From Daphnia carinata (taxonomy: Eukaryota): a DNA stretch of 64,000 nt. How positions within the stretch are numbered: position 1 is the stretch's first letter; each line of letters opens with the position of its first letter. The notes beneath the pieces are model-generated. The model was not told the origin of the DNA, did not search any database, and saw only the letters and a program-made list of their open reading frames with translations. Shown piece after piece: positions 13,401 through 27,000 of this stretch. The stretch is taken from positions 3,410,001 to 3,474,000 of the forward strand of contig NC_081332.1 of the NCBI RefSeq assembly GCF_022539665.2. The letters are read 5' to 3'. The position numbers and the translations under genes were made by a program.

Positions 13401-15080
13401 CAATGAACATCCCGGCCATTTTGACGGGTGAACCAACATCCATGTGGTCGGTCAGTCACATTTTAGTTGTTTTAAGAGGGGGAAAAAAGTTGATGATGTA
13501 CATTAGTCGAACAGGAAGGAAGAAACGAATCATGTCCTTGGCAAAACGGGACAGTTGTCTATCGTTCTTAAATTCTTCTTTAACAGAGCGTGATTCAAGA
13601 TAAACATTTTTTTTTTCTGTATGTGACACAGAGAGATAGTCAAATTAACATGGTACGAACTCGTTCTGTCTGTAACCAATGCGACCAAGTGATGGGAACT
13701 TGTCATACGTAAAATCCACCTGTCCCACACGATTAGCCTCACTGCCGAAAGAATAATGAGAGAAATTGGTTCCGAAGAATAATTAAGGACGAAAAGAAGA
13801 AGATCGAGAAGGAGAACTCTTGCCAGACGACGTGAATTTAGTCTGTGCGTCCGCCGTTGGGGGTTTCAACAAGCTGTTGTTATAATCAAAGAACAAAAAA
13901 AAAAGATGGACATTTGAGTCGAACAAAAAACACACACAATTCATTTCTGCTTTAAGGTATGGAAAAAAAAGCCAAGCTGAGGCCATCGAAACGTAACGAG
14001 TTGTAACGACTCTAATGATCAAATATTTCAAAACAGTAGCAATAATCGTCCATCAACGAGAATTCGTACAAGTTTCAAAAATATAAATCATGTGACCAAT
14101 ATTCGGTTGAATGACCAGCCATCTTGCTTTGTAGTTGTAAATAAAAATATTACCACTAAAACGTGAAAGAAAAAAGACCATTTTTAGAGAGAAAAAAGCA
14201 AAGCAGCGGGCACTCCAGTCAGTGTGAGAAGAAACGCCACCTGACGGATTGAACCGGCTTTTTCTTGGCTTTTGGGAAGAGGGGGGAAGCCGGTCGGATT
14301 GCCTTTTATGGTCATGTACTCTCTGATTGGCTGAGAGAGAGCTTTACAGACGGGAGAGCAAAAAAAAAGAAAAAAAAAAGGCCCACCATCGGAATGCCGA
14401 ATAGAATATGATAAAATAAAAAAAAAAAAACAGTTCGAGTGGAGGGGGAAAAAGAAGGAAATGATGATGACGGGGGGAAGAGGGAGGAATAAGATGAAAC
14501 AAGGGGAAGAGTCCCGAGCTCGAAAAAGTTCAGCCATTTTCTCTTATTTTCCCTCCAAAGTCTTAACCCCCCCCCCCCTCAAACCTTTTGTTGTAATCAA
14601 TTCAGGTGAACTTTCTCTTCGTCGCGCCAAAAAGATGTATAACACACGAGCCATCTTCTTGATGATTAAACTTAATTTTAAGGATATTTAAAAACTATTA
14701 TACCGAAGTAGTCAGTCTAATAAATCTAAAGGGATGTAAAAAAAACCGTTGAAAAACCTCAAAGCTTTTTTTCCCGTTCGTGTACATTATACTTTTTTTC
14801 CTCAGTCTCTCTCCCCTCTCCCCTAACAAAATCAAAATGGCCGCTCTCAGGTGAAGCACCGAGCACGATCGGCGACAACAACCTGTTGCGTGTGTATTTT
14901 TTTTTCTTTTTTTCTTCTAGAACGAAAACGACTCGTCTGCTTTTTGCTCATCATCCCGGCGGGCCACCTCAATTTCAAAATGGCGATTAAATTCATTCAG
15001 GTCAAATGAGAATAAAATATACGAAAAACATTCGTGTAGTGGAGCTTCTCAATTTGGCTACTCGTCATGTCCTTATCTGG
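10474..15080. promoter_or_regulatory. Cluster of CArG (SRF) boxes upstream of actin
   Basis: Perfect CC(A/T)6GG at 10700-10709, 11144-11153, 11845-11854 and 14302-14311. One-mismatch boxes at 10474-10483, 12743-12752 and 15071-15080. SRF control of actin genes is established. Confidence 0.65.
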
Positions 15081-15408
15081 GTTATTTCGCAGATGATAAG
15101 CAGTAAGATAAGAAGATAATCATATAATTGAAATAAGGAGAAAAAAACCAAGAGATGATTGCTCAAACCCACGGAAGGATTTGATTGCGAATATCAATAA
15201 ATACGAAGAAGTGTCCGTTCTTGTCTCATTGTGACGTCACACATTTTCAGAGGGCTGATTCAGGACCATATCTGTGTAGCGTGTAAAAGTCTTTCCCGAT
15301 ATGGGCAAACTGTAGTGGCTGTGTGTGACTGCCATAGCTTTAGCCCCCACACGCCAGTGGGGCAGGTCTCTGTCTGACTCTGCTGCGGATTTTGATAGCA
15401 GCGCCCCC

Positions 15409-15483
15409 TATATAAAGCCGGCAGCCGGTGGTGAGCGAGCGCATTAGCACCGGCACCCCGGCACGGAATAGTTCGATACCAAG
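15409..15483 (+). promoter_or_regulatory. Actin TATA box and short non-coding first exon
   Basis: TATATAAA at 15409-15416. The putative exon starts near 15440 and ends at donor AAG|GTGGGT (15483/4). The acceptor TAG at 15850 lies 70 nt before the ATG. Also three clustered GATAA sites (15094-15119) and a CRE TGACGTCA (15232-15239). Confidence 0.7.
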
Positions 15484-15794
15484 GTGGGTCCTCTCTTCTC
15501 TTTTGAGAACAACTCGATTCTTCTTTTTTTTCCTTTTTTAAAAAACTTATTCACATTCTGTCCAACATTTTCTGTACAGAATTGTCAGACGCGTACAGTT
15601 CATTTTTCGATTTCTTTGAAACAAAATTTTTAATATTCATTTTGTCAATTCAACGGAATCGTCGAAGTGTGCCTTCACAAGTGAATAGTAAAGGGAGAAT
15701 TGTTAAAAAAAAAAAAAAAAAAAAAAGAATTGGGTGTGAATCGAGCCAACAAGTGGTTGCACGAGGGGCGTTAACCGAGTGCGCGTCATTTTGA

Positions 15795-17204
<1,410 letters not shown>

Positions 17205-18433
17205 ACGGCAGCAGCAGCAACAACTGCGGCACCGAAACAGCAGAATTAAGAGCAGCATCAACGGCCAATCAACGCTTCCGCCGGATGATTTACTATTCTG
17301 TCTTATATCTACTGTTTTCTTTCTAATAATAACCCCTGGTATGGAATGTTGCGTTTCTTTTTTACATTAAAAAAAAACGCAACATTCCTTAATATTAATA
17401 AAAAAACGCAACATTCCATGCCGCGGGTTGCCTTACACCACCACCACCACCCTTATTTTTTGTTTTTTTTTGCGATAATTATGAAAAAGAAAGATTTACA
17501 AAAAAAAAATTGCTATTTGGCCTCATTTTTCGCTCTCAATTTCTTTCTGCCCTTTTACAGCTAATAATTCGCTTTCTTTTCGATTGGGAATTCTTTATGT
17601 GTCTCTCTGTCCACGCTTTTCCTTTCCCCGTCTGGACCGCTGCTGACGTGAGTTACCCATTGGATGTGGTGACAACACAAGGACACCCCAACACCTGGAA
17701 TGGTCAAACAGGCCAAGGTAAAAATGAATTTTTAGCCACCGCATTCAATCGCCGTAACTCACCTCACTTGCCAGTACGAGAAAAAGAAATGTGACGCAAA
17801 CAAGACTTAATGCTAGGTGCCTTCTCTATACCAATTTTCAAAAATAAAAATGAAAAAAAAAATTTAAAAAAGATTTCGGAAAAAAGGAAATATCCCGGAG
17901 GAAACGGGGACAATTTTGAAAAGAACAAGAACAAGTGTAACTTATTGTGATGGAGAATATGAGGACGGACACGAAATACACCAAAATCGTTTCCACAAAA
18001 ACATTCGTCATTTCTTTCTTGTTTTCAAAAATGAAATAATTCATTCAAGTTTGGCAATTTAAAAAAAAAAAAAAAAAAAAAATGAAGTGAAAAAAATATC
18101 AAAGGTAAGAAAGAAAACAATGGAAAATGAAATTTCAACAAAAAAAAAAACGTTAGGCATTTTAAATGTAAGAAAAGAGAACCCCAAAAGTTTAAGCAAA
18201 ATGTTGGGTGTTGTGTGAATACGAAAATAGGTAGACCGTAAAATTCACAGACTTTGTCAAAGAAGAAAGATCTTTTACTTTTAACGAATTTTCGAAATGT
18301 ACGTGTGAGATTGAGCCTGTCGTTATTTATTTTTTAATTTTAAATGATCATGTTGTGTGTATGTAATCTTATAAGTGGAACAACAATTCAACGATCGGTG
18401 CTTGAGAGGAAGATGAATATTCTTCTTTTGTTT

Positions 18434-20801
18434 TCAGTCTGCTTTATAGGAACGTCGCTGACGTCGTTTGGTTAATGGTTCTTGTAGATCGCCGGACCGA
18501 CTGCTACTCCATGGCAATTGAAACTCTCTAAAAATAAATAAAACACAAAAATTAATAAATAAAATTGTTTGTTTGTTGTTTTCTTCTAGATGAGACGTCA
18601 CGCTTTATGGCCTAGGCTTCCACGTCAATTATTCAAATGCATTCTTAGCGTGATGTCACCGATCAGCAAGAAACAACTTCTAGCGTTCATTTTCTTTCCA
18701 AATGCGAGACTGACCGGGCGGCTTTCTCAACTATGTACAAAAATTTTGTCCTTTTAAGGTTACATCAGATTTCCCCCCGCACATTTTCTTCCCGTCGGGT
18801 TAGGGTGGACCGGTCATTTAATTGGTTAGAAAGGATCAACGCCGTCTGGGCAAACTCACGCTGGCGCGATGTTTGGTAAGGGAGCACCAAAAACGGAGAC
18901 CGGTAGCCATGGCTCCACCTGGACATGGGTGACATCTTCCGGTCCGGCCCAGAGTGTACTACAACTGGCGCCAAGGCACGAGGACGAAGAGACTTCTACG
19001 GGAGCATGAGTTCGGACACGGTCCTGGGACCGATCTTCGCCCTCGTAACGTGCACGCAATTTCTCGTACCGACGCTGTTCGCGGAACCTTTGCAGATCCC
19101 ATCTATAAATCAAAGGTAATAAAAAGATTTAAAAAGCTCTATGGACTTTAAAGCACCAAAAGTTTGCCAGACTTTAAGGGCCCATAAATTAAGGGATGTT
19201 CGTGTGGTTAATCGTCACTTGACGTGGTGTGAAATCAATGGGACACAAGCGAGGAGTTACTATCTACACGATTATGTTTTCGTAACACGCATGCAATTTA
19301 ATCTATTTTTATTAGTGTTTGTACCGTTTTCTCCTTTTCTCGTCCGTTTCGTGCTTCTGATGGCGTTTGGAAAAGACTTCATCATCCAAGTTTTCGATTC
19401 CATGGGTTGAGGTCCGTCCGGAAAGCGGTTTGATAACCCAACGAGGAACCTGTATAGTTAACAAGGAATTTGATTACATTCAACTGATGGCATTGGTGAT
19501 TCGGCTAGTATACTACCTCCACTTGAGCTTCATTAGTTAAAACTTCCGGTTGGTTAAACCATTCCCCGAGATGGGTTAAATAGGGTTCTTCGGTTGTTAA
19601 TAATGCTTCTTTTTTCAGATGGGCGGATTCACGAAGAGGAGGTTTTTGAGACAGGCATTCCTGAATTCGCTTGTGTTCTGAATGAATAGGAGCCTCCAAT
19701 ACATTAGGTTCTGCGGGAGTCGATTCAATTGCGCCAATGGGTGATAAGGCAGGTAGAGAACAGGGTTCCAAAACAACTTTTGCTTCAATAATATGGTCAC
19801 TGGGAACATTTGTGTCGGTCAGGTTGATGATGGCGCCTTCTTCGACGGCTTGGTTAATTAAATCATCTAGGATGTTATCATCGAGATGCGTTGTATGTTT
19901 CTGATCTTCTTCCGTTTCTAATGATTTTGCCGTTCTTCGCCGTTTCGCCGGAGGTGGACTTGGGCAGGATTTTGTTCGCACTGGCAACAATGTTTTGATA
20001 CGTTTTCGGGGGATTTCTTCAACTGCTGAAATTTTGTCACAGTTGGGGGAGGATTGCTGTTCAGGTATGTGAAATGAAGAACTACCTGAAACTTTGGACT
20101 GTGTTTGTGTAGCAACACTGTTACCCACAATTACACTACCACCCTGAGGTAGAGAGGTGTCTGTAATTTTGCCATATGCATGGTTCTCCTCAACAGGTAT
20201 GTCATTCTTTTGTTTCGTATTCTGCATTTGCACTCTTCTTTCCATTCTTTCCAACTTTTGCCGCAACTAAAAAAGAAAAAAACATTTATTTTTGAATTCC
20301 TGTCAGAAAACATTACTTTTGCTTAATTGGCAAAATGGGAAACGAGAACTTCCCCGTTAGTGTATGTAAGAGGTGAATATGAACCTAAACCTCCATTACC
20401 ATTTCATTTTCATGTCGCAGAGCAGAAAGTTGCTTGTCTTTTGCTGCATTGCATTCAGATTGTTGTTGAATGAGATCCAAATGGAAGAGAACCAATTCTT
20501 TTAGGTGTGCAACTTCATTGGCAAGTTCCTGATACTTGCTGGAGTCGTCAGCAAAGTTGGTGTGGTACATGTGATCAGTTTCACAAGGAAGTCCAACATA
20601 TTTGATAGCCTTGTCTTCCGATGGCGACTGAGACTTAAAATTATCACTTGGTGTATTATTATTCTTGTTAGCCGGCGTGTTTTTGTTTGTTTTTCGAAAA
20701 TTTGTTCCTGTATGCACTACAGAAGCTGATGATCGAGACACCGCATCGACAGATTCGGCCATAACTTTCAAATCAGATGCTGCTCCACGCATGAGTAGCA
20801 T
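18434..20801 (-). CDS. MSL1: Male-specific lethal 1 homolog (MSL2-binding coiled coil + PEHE domain), about 537 aa
   Basis: Exons 20801-20400, 20266-19517, 19449-19325, 19102-18860, 18527-18434. Coiled coil LKELVLFHLDLIQQQ..KDKQLSALRHENEMLRQKLERMERR. PEHE: EVPRW..IENLDDEVFSKRHQKHETDEKRRKRWDLQRFREQRRYEKL..LPVSVFGAPLP..EFQLPW. Confidence 0.9.
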
Positions 20802-23800
20802 GCCGTGATTAATTTTAATACTTAGGAAAACAGGGCGAGTTCACAAAAGAACATGGGTTTTGAAATTATTTGAACGAAAATTGATTTGGCAAAATAAAGT
20901 GAAGCCAACTATTACTGGAGCTATAAAGAGATGGTGCGTATGTCAACACGAGATTGCGTTTTTCGCCATCTGTCAACGGAATTGTAAGCATTCTGAGCAT
21001 TCCATTTGGTATCTAGCTGGTATTTAGCTTTTTTTAAATTCTCTAAGCAGTAACTACCTAAAACGAAAAAAAATATGACTACAAGTACCACTGGGCAGAT
21101 ATCAGTTTAATAACTGTTTCAGCTAAGCAAAAATTTACTAATTAGTGCCATTCAATGAAGAACACATACGATGGCTTAAAAATCGTAAGGGTACTGAATA
21201 CGTTTCTGAAAGCACACTGAAGTTATAATCGACTTAAGAATATTTTTTAAAAAATTTTCTCGACGACAATCCAATTGTGAAATATAGTCCGTTATGTCGG
21301 AGTGCATAGGGTTTTCTACTTACAGCCAACAATGGCGAACGACTTTGTAAGAGTTCAGTACATCCACGAGGGTTTCTCAATGACACACCTAAACCTAAGT
21401 ATCACCAAGAATACGAGTTCTCGAAAGATATGCATAGAGCCATGATTATATAATTTTATTGTTGAAGCAGCTCAAAACACACTAAAACAAATAGTTTTCA
21501 GTCATTTTATGTAACAAATAGCAGGGACGAGTGTTATTTTTCATTTAATTACTCTTTCAGTTATCCCAATATTCCAAGTGATCAGTCAAAACCATCAGCA
21601 ACGTTGCACAACTTCAAAATTACAGACGTATTTTTTTTTTAAAATTTATTTCTCGAGATGAAATGTTGCCATGTGAATGTACTGACATGATTGCATTACT
21701 TTTGACCCATTGTGCATTAAGCCCATCATTCAGGAACGTGCCACGTTGTGTTAATGGTCATGTACTACATTACTTTGACAGCTTAAGGAGGAAGTGCCTC
21801 GCCAGACGTGAAACGAGTACGTGAAACATCCACATCAGTCGTCAGACCAAAGTTTTTCGTGAAGATGGCCCCCATCAAAAGTGGAGCCTTCATCCATCAC
21901 TTTGAGATCTTTCTTCGAGGCGGACAGAGAGGGATGTATACTGTAAACACTCTCATCAGTCGGTTGTGAACAACAAATAAGGAAGATCGTTGCTTGGCTT
22001 TGATCATAGCAACAACAACACAAAATGCAATCTCCATTGAGTGTTACAAGTTTTAGTTTTTTTGCCAGTCTGATGGATATTGCAAAGTACGGCATAGAAC
22101 TAAATCGAACATTCCAAGTGTTGTTGATGAATACGTAATGAGATGTTTTGAATATCCAAGGAATATGGATGAGGAATATGTGCTCACGTATGGAGTCAAG
22201 ATGTTATCTATATAAAGGCGGATGCATGAGAGAGATTTGTCGAGGCGTATGATATGCAAATGATGAGCCCAAGACTTTCTGACTTGTCTTTGTCTCTAGA
22301 CGGAATCAAACGAGATGCTATAAACATCTGACGTTTTGTGGTTTTCAAAGTTGGAGATCGAACAGACCGAAAACAGGAAACTGAAAGGTGAAGGACAAAC
22401 GTCACCGTCAATCACATCGTTTTTCGTTCAGCCATCCACCCGAAAACTTGTTGGTGAATGACAAAAATCCAAGATTGAATTTCAAAAGAAAAGAAGAAAA
22501 GCCCATACGGTATTTTAACAAATTTAATTCTTTATTTTCATTTTCAAATTCCGGTGTCATTTTCAGTTTGGTCTTTGCAATCCACTCGACCGGAATTCAC
22601 GTTCCTCTACACAAACGATTGCTATCTCTCGTTTTTGCCCAACACAACATCAGGATAAAAGGTATATAGTAAACAAACAAATCACAAAAAAGCTACCCAA
22701 TCTGGTTTTTGTTGACACACAATGTAACAACAAGTCATCTGATACTATACGCCATAGTCGTACACCCAACCCCAACTATATACACATGGCGTTGTGTGTT
22801 TAGAGAGATGACTATATTCTCTGTTTACTTAATACCTTAAAGCTTTATGTTCTCGTGTTATGAACAACATCTAGACGGATACACGCATCGGTATTGATTG
22901 CCTCTTTTTTTTCGTTCCCAGGCTAGAGGAACTCGGGATAGCATTAGACCGGAAGTCCACCAGTAACTTTTTAGGACATTACAAGTAAGAAACAGATTGA
23001 ATAGTAGAAATAATTCGAGTTTGATTACAGCTTTTTTTCCCCTCTGTGTGTGTATTGACAATCTTATTATTATTATTTCAGCTATCAAAACAGAGAGGAT
23101 GTCCGACTCGATCATCCGGTAAGTTTTTTTTCCTGATCTTGTTTGAACAAGAACTAAAAAGCATCCAAGTAGTACAGGGGAAAAAAAAGGTCAAACCTTT
23201 GAACAGAAATCGATTACCCATTGAATCACGTAGATATGTACACTGTGTACGCTTTATAAGCTCCATACTTGCTGCTGTGTATATGTACCTAACAAGATTA
23301 CTAGTTATCTGCAACATTTTTCTTCTTTTGAATAACGGCCGTGAAGAAAGAAAACCCTAAGGGAGTCGACAGGGGGAAAAAAAGATGAAAAAACTAATAA
23401 AAAAAAAAAATAAAATAATAAAAGGCCAACCGGATAAAAAAAAAAGAAAAGGGAAAATCGACCCAACATCATCTCAGGTTTCTATAAATAATTTTATTTT
23501 CTGTTCAATGATATCTCTAACGGTGTATCCATATTACAGGTAAAAATTGAAGTGATACATCTAAATAACTAATCACCAATTGTTAACAAAGTTGAAAAGA
23601 ATGATCAGAAGGTAAACAAAATTGTGCGAATACAAGTTTTAGTTGATTAAGCGATTAAGAAAGCAACCAGTGGATTCCAACGTGATTGTTAAAGAAATCT
23701 TGTTTTTCATGTTTATTCAGGCGAAAGAATGCTACACCAATTGCCCACGTCCGTGTCACGGGGACATTTTTTTTTTTCTTTTGCCCGATGAAGACCGAAG

Positions 23801-23972
23801 ATAGCGACAAGCAAGGCAAAAATACTTCAACCAGGGCACCCAAAAGAATAAAAAAAGGCGGAGTTGAATCCAGTTGGCTCACGCTCCATACCGAAACATG
23901 GGTAAGAAAAAAGTTTGCCTCTGTATACACTCTCTACTACTACACATACCATACAGATACACTCACAATACG

Positions 23973-23975
<3 letters not shown>

Positions 23976-24019
<44 letters not shown>
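23976..24019. repeat. (AC)22 microsatellite
   Basis: Perfect dinucleotide run read directly from the sequence, about 50 nt upstream of a TCAGTC Inr-like motif (24067-24072). Confidence 0.97.
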
Positions 24020-24022
<3 letters not shown>

Positions 24023-24093
24023 GAGAGAAGAAGACGGGACTCTAGGCGCCTTGTGTAGTAAAAGCGTCAGTCGTTCAGCGAGTCTTGGATACG

Positions 24094-27000
24094 ATGGCTG
24101 CTCCGCTTTTGGTTCCCGCAGCTCAGTCGATCCCGGCTCCTCCTCCATTGATAGTCGTGTCGATGGACAGTGTCGACGACGGTATCATCCAAGAAGAAGA
24201 AACGGTGAACGATGCCCTGCTACCCAAAACGTTGAATGTCGTTGCAATTCCGCCCACTAATGTGGCCGATGGCGGATGTGCAGCCAGTAATTCATCGCCC
24301 AACAGCCATCCTCCTGTAGCTCGTCGCTGGTGGGACGGATGGTTGCGGACGGATCCACCAGAAGCGATCAGTGATGTGACGCAACAAAACGGGCCCAAAA
24401 ATCACAGTAAAAAGAGAAGCAAGAAAAAATCATCCGAAGTTCGAGTTGTTAATCATCAAAACAATTACGTGGCTGTGACGCTATCGGAAAACGATCCGGC
24501 AGCGGCAACAGCCGAGCCGTGTCCATCACCTACATCGTCGTCACAGCAGCCAAGAAGAAGAATATGCTGGTGGTTCCTCTTTTTGCTGTTACTCGTTACC
24601 GTGGCTTGCCTTGCTTTTGTCGCAGTTTCACTCGTCTCTTTACTCCGCAACGGACAAGGTAATCACATTCTATTTTTTGCCATTTTTTTCTTATCTCCGT
24701 GAATGCACGGTGAGCTAGTTCGGTTCCACAACATCTGACTTGAAGCGTTTGGAGAACGTCACAACTCGTTTTCGAGTGCAACTGCTGGAATGGAAGGGCT
24801 TCCGCCCCTTTCTCTCGCTCTTTTCAGGCCATGGATCTTACCGTCCTACTCTTAGCCCGTCATTCATTTGCTTCGTAAATTTTTTGTGAAGGGCACCTCC
24901 GAAAAAGAAAAACTGTTTTTAAACAGTGAGTGAGTTTTGGGTTGGTTACATGACGTGGATGTGTATACAACGAGCGTGAGCGTATACACACAACTGATTG
25001 AGTAGCTTATAATACCCACCTTGATCCAAGGTTGAACACTTCCTGTCTTTGCTTAATGAAAACAAAGTTTTTGCCGAACGAAAATCGATAGAAAATCCAA
25101 TTTGAGGTTTACGAAGAGATAAAGCCCTTTTTCTTTTGTCCAGAGACAAAAACAAAGGGCAGATCACGAAGCAAAGCAAACGAAATAAATAAAGTAAAAA
25201 CGCGTTCGTTCCATCAGAGATTTCAATACGCTGGTCACGTACTGTCCAAAGCATCTCCTTCTTGATGTGTCCACTCTGATAGATCGGGGCAACCGGACAT
25301 GGGAGTGCGTATTGCTGTTTTATTGTGGCCCGTTCGGATAGAAACCTTTTTCTTTTCGGGGCTTCAAACTTTCTCCAACGACAAGAACAGAAAATTGGGT
25401 ACGCGTGGAATTAGCAGATGCGTTCCTACATGTATTTGCAATGACCTTCCCATTTCGGGACGGCCCCCCCCCCTTTTTTTTGACATTGAAGGATTCCTCC
25501 TTGTGTCCAAGTATATTTTCGTATTCTGAAAATGGTCATTCAACAATCGAAAGAATGAAAACAATAGAAAATAACCGCTGCCGTGGGCTTTTAATTTCCG
25601 AAATAAATGTTTGTTTGTTTTTAAATTTCGATTTGTAGGTCCATTGACAACTGATCCGACGGTTTGCTTCACAGAGGAATGCGTCCGTACAGGTATGTTT
25701 GATTAAACCCTTACCTACACCACCAAATATTTAAGAGGTGACATCTCCTCTGGCACTTTCTAACTGTAAGCTATAGAACCAAATCGCAGTGCAAAACGTA
25801 AGTGAAAAGCGAGAAAAAAGACCGTGATTGTGCGTGGACTCTCTCTTTCCCAGTTGTCGCGCCCTTCCTTTTCAATTCGTCGTCTTTATACGGACGGGCG
25901 TGTTGTCACGCTCTTAAGTTTTTGGTGTATATCCTTGGCCAAGGTCCTATGTAAATCATTCGTCTTTTCTCTCGACAGTGCAACTTTTAACAAGACATTT
26001 TTTTTCTTTTTCTTTGGGAGTTTTCTGTTCATGTTGTTTTGATTCGCCAAAAAAGAAAAAGAAAAACGAAAATCCACTACTACACTTCTCTCTCTTTTTC
26101 CTTTTTGTCCGGTTGTCCCGCTTTCGACTTGATTTACTTTGGCATTGGCTCTGGAAAAGTACCAAATGGTACAAGTTAACTGCGTCATAATATTCTCTCT
26201 TTTTAAAAAAGTAAAATTAAGCCGATTACATAGTCCCCTTAGTTAAAGAAAATTTGACTTCAATATTAACTTCCATATTTGTAAAGCATTAAAAAAATGT
26301 AATTGGATGGTTTAACGAGGTTGATTTTTTGTTTTTTATATTAACGATGTGAACGTACACAGCCGCCTCGTTATTATTGGCCATGAACCGGTCGGCCGAC
26401 CCGTGCCAGGATTTCTTCCAATTTGCCTGTGGCACGTGGAATAAGAAGCACCTGATCCCGGAGGATCGATCCAGTATTAGCACTTTTGAAGTCCTATCTG
26501 ACCAGCTGCAAATCATCCTGAAAGGTAGTCCCAAACGTTTATTATCGTGCAATCGTGTTCATGATTTATTGGCATTTTCACGCCGCGTGAATGTTTCACA
26601 TTCCCTCGCGCCCGTGTGTAAATGTTCAAAAGGGATACAGAACAATCCAATCATCGCGCTTGATTATTTTATTATAGATTTACTTCAGGAGGAGACGATC
26701 CCCGAGGACAACGAGACTACCATCAAAGCCAAATTATTCTACAGTTCGTGCATGAACACAAGTGAGTACCAGACCTCATCTATTAGGCCCATCTGTATGT
26801 ATGTACGTTTTTTTTTTTTTCCTGTTAAAGCCGACATGGTGTCGGTGTGTGTGTGTCTTTTTCTTCACCTAAAAGGGAAATAGTGTGCGGAAAGGCTGAA
26901 CGGGCTTTTTGGCTGCTGTTGCTGGCTTATTGATTTATTGATCCTCTTGGCCTCACTCTCTTTTGCCTTCCCCCTCTTGACTGTCATCGTTCAGCCCCTC

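Noticed and set aside
18628..18680. Possible alternative last exon of MSL1 (ASCFLLIGDITLRMHLNN*)
   Set aside because: It is in frame but loses the conserved FxLPW end of the PEHE domain, which the 18527-18434 exon supplies. No other support.
21250..22450. Coding-like composition suggesting a decayed gene or transposon fragment
   Set aside because: No frame I tried stays open for long, and I found no recognisable domain, terminal repeat or target-site duplication.
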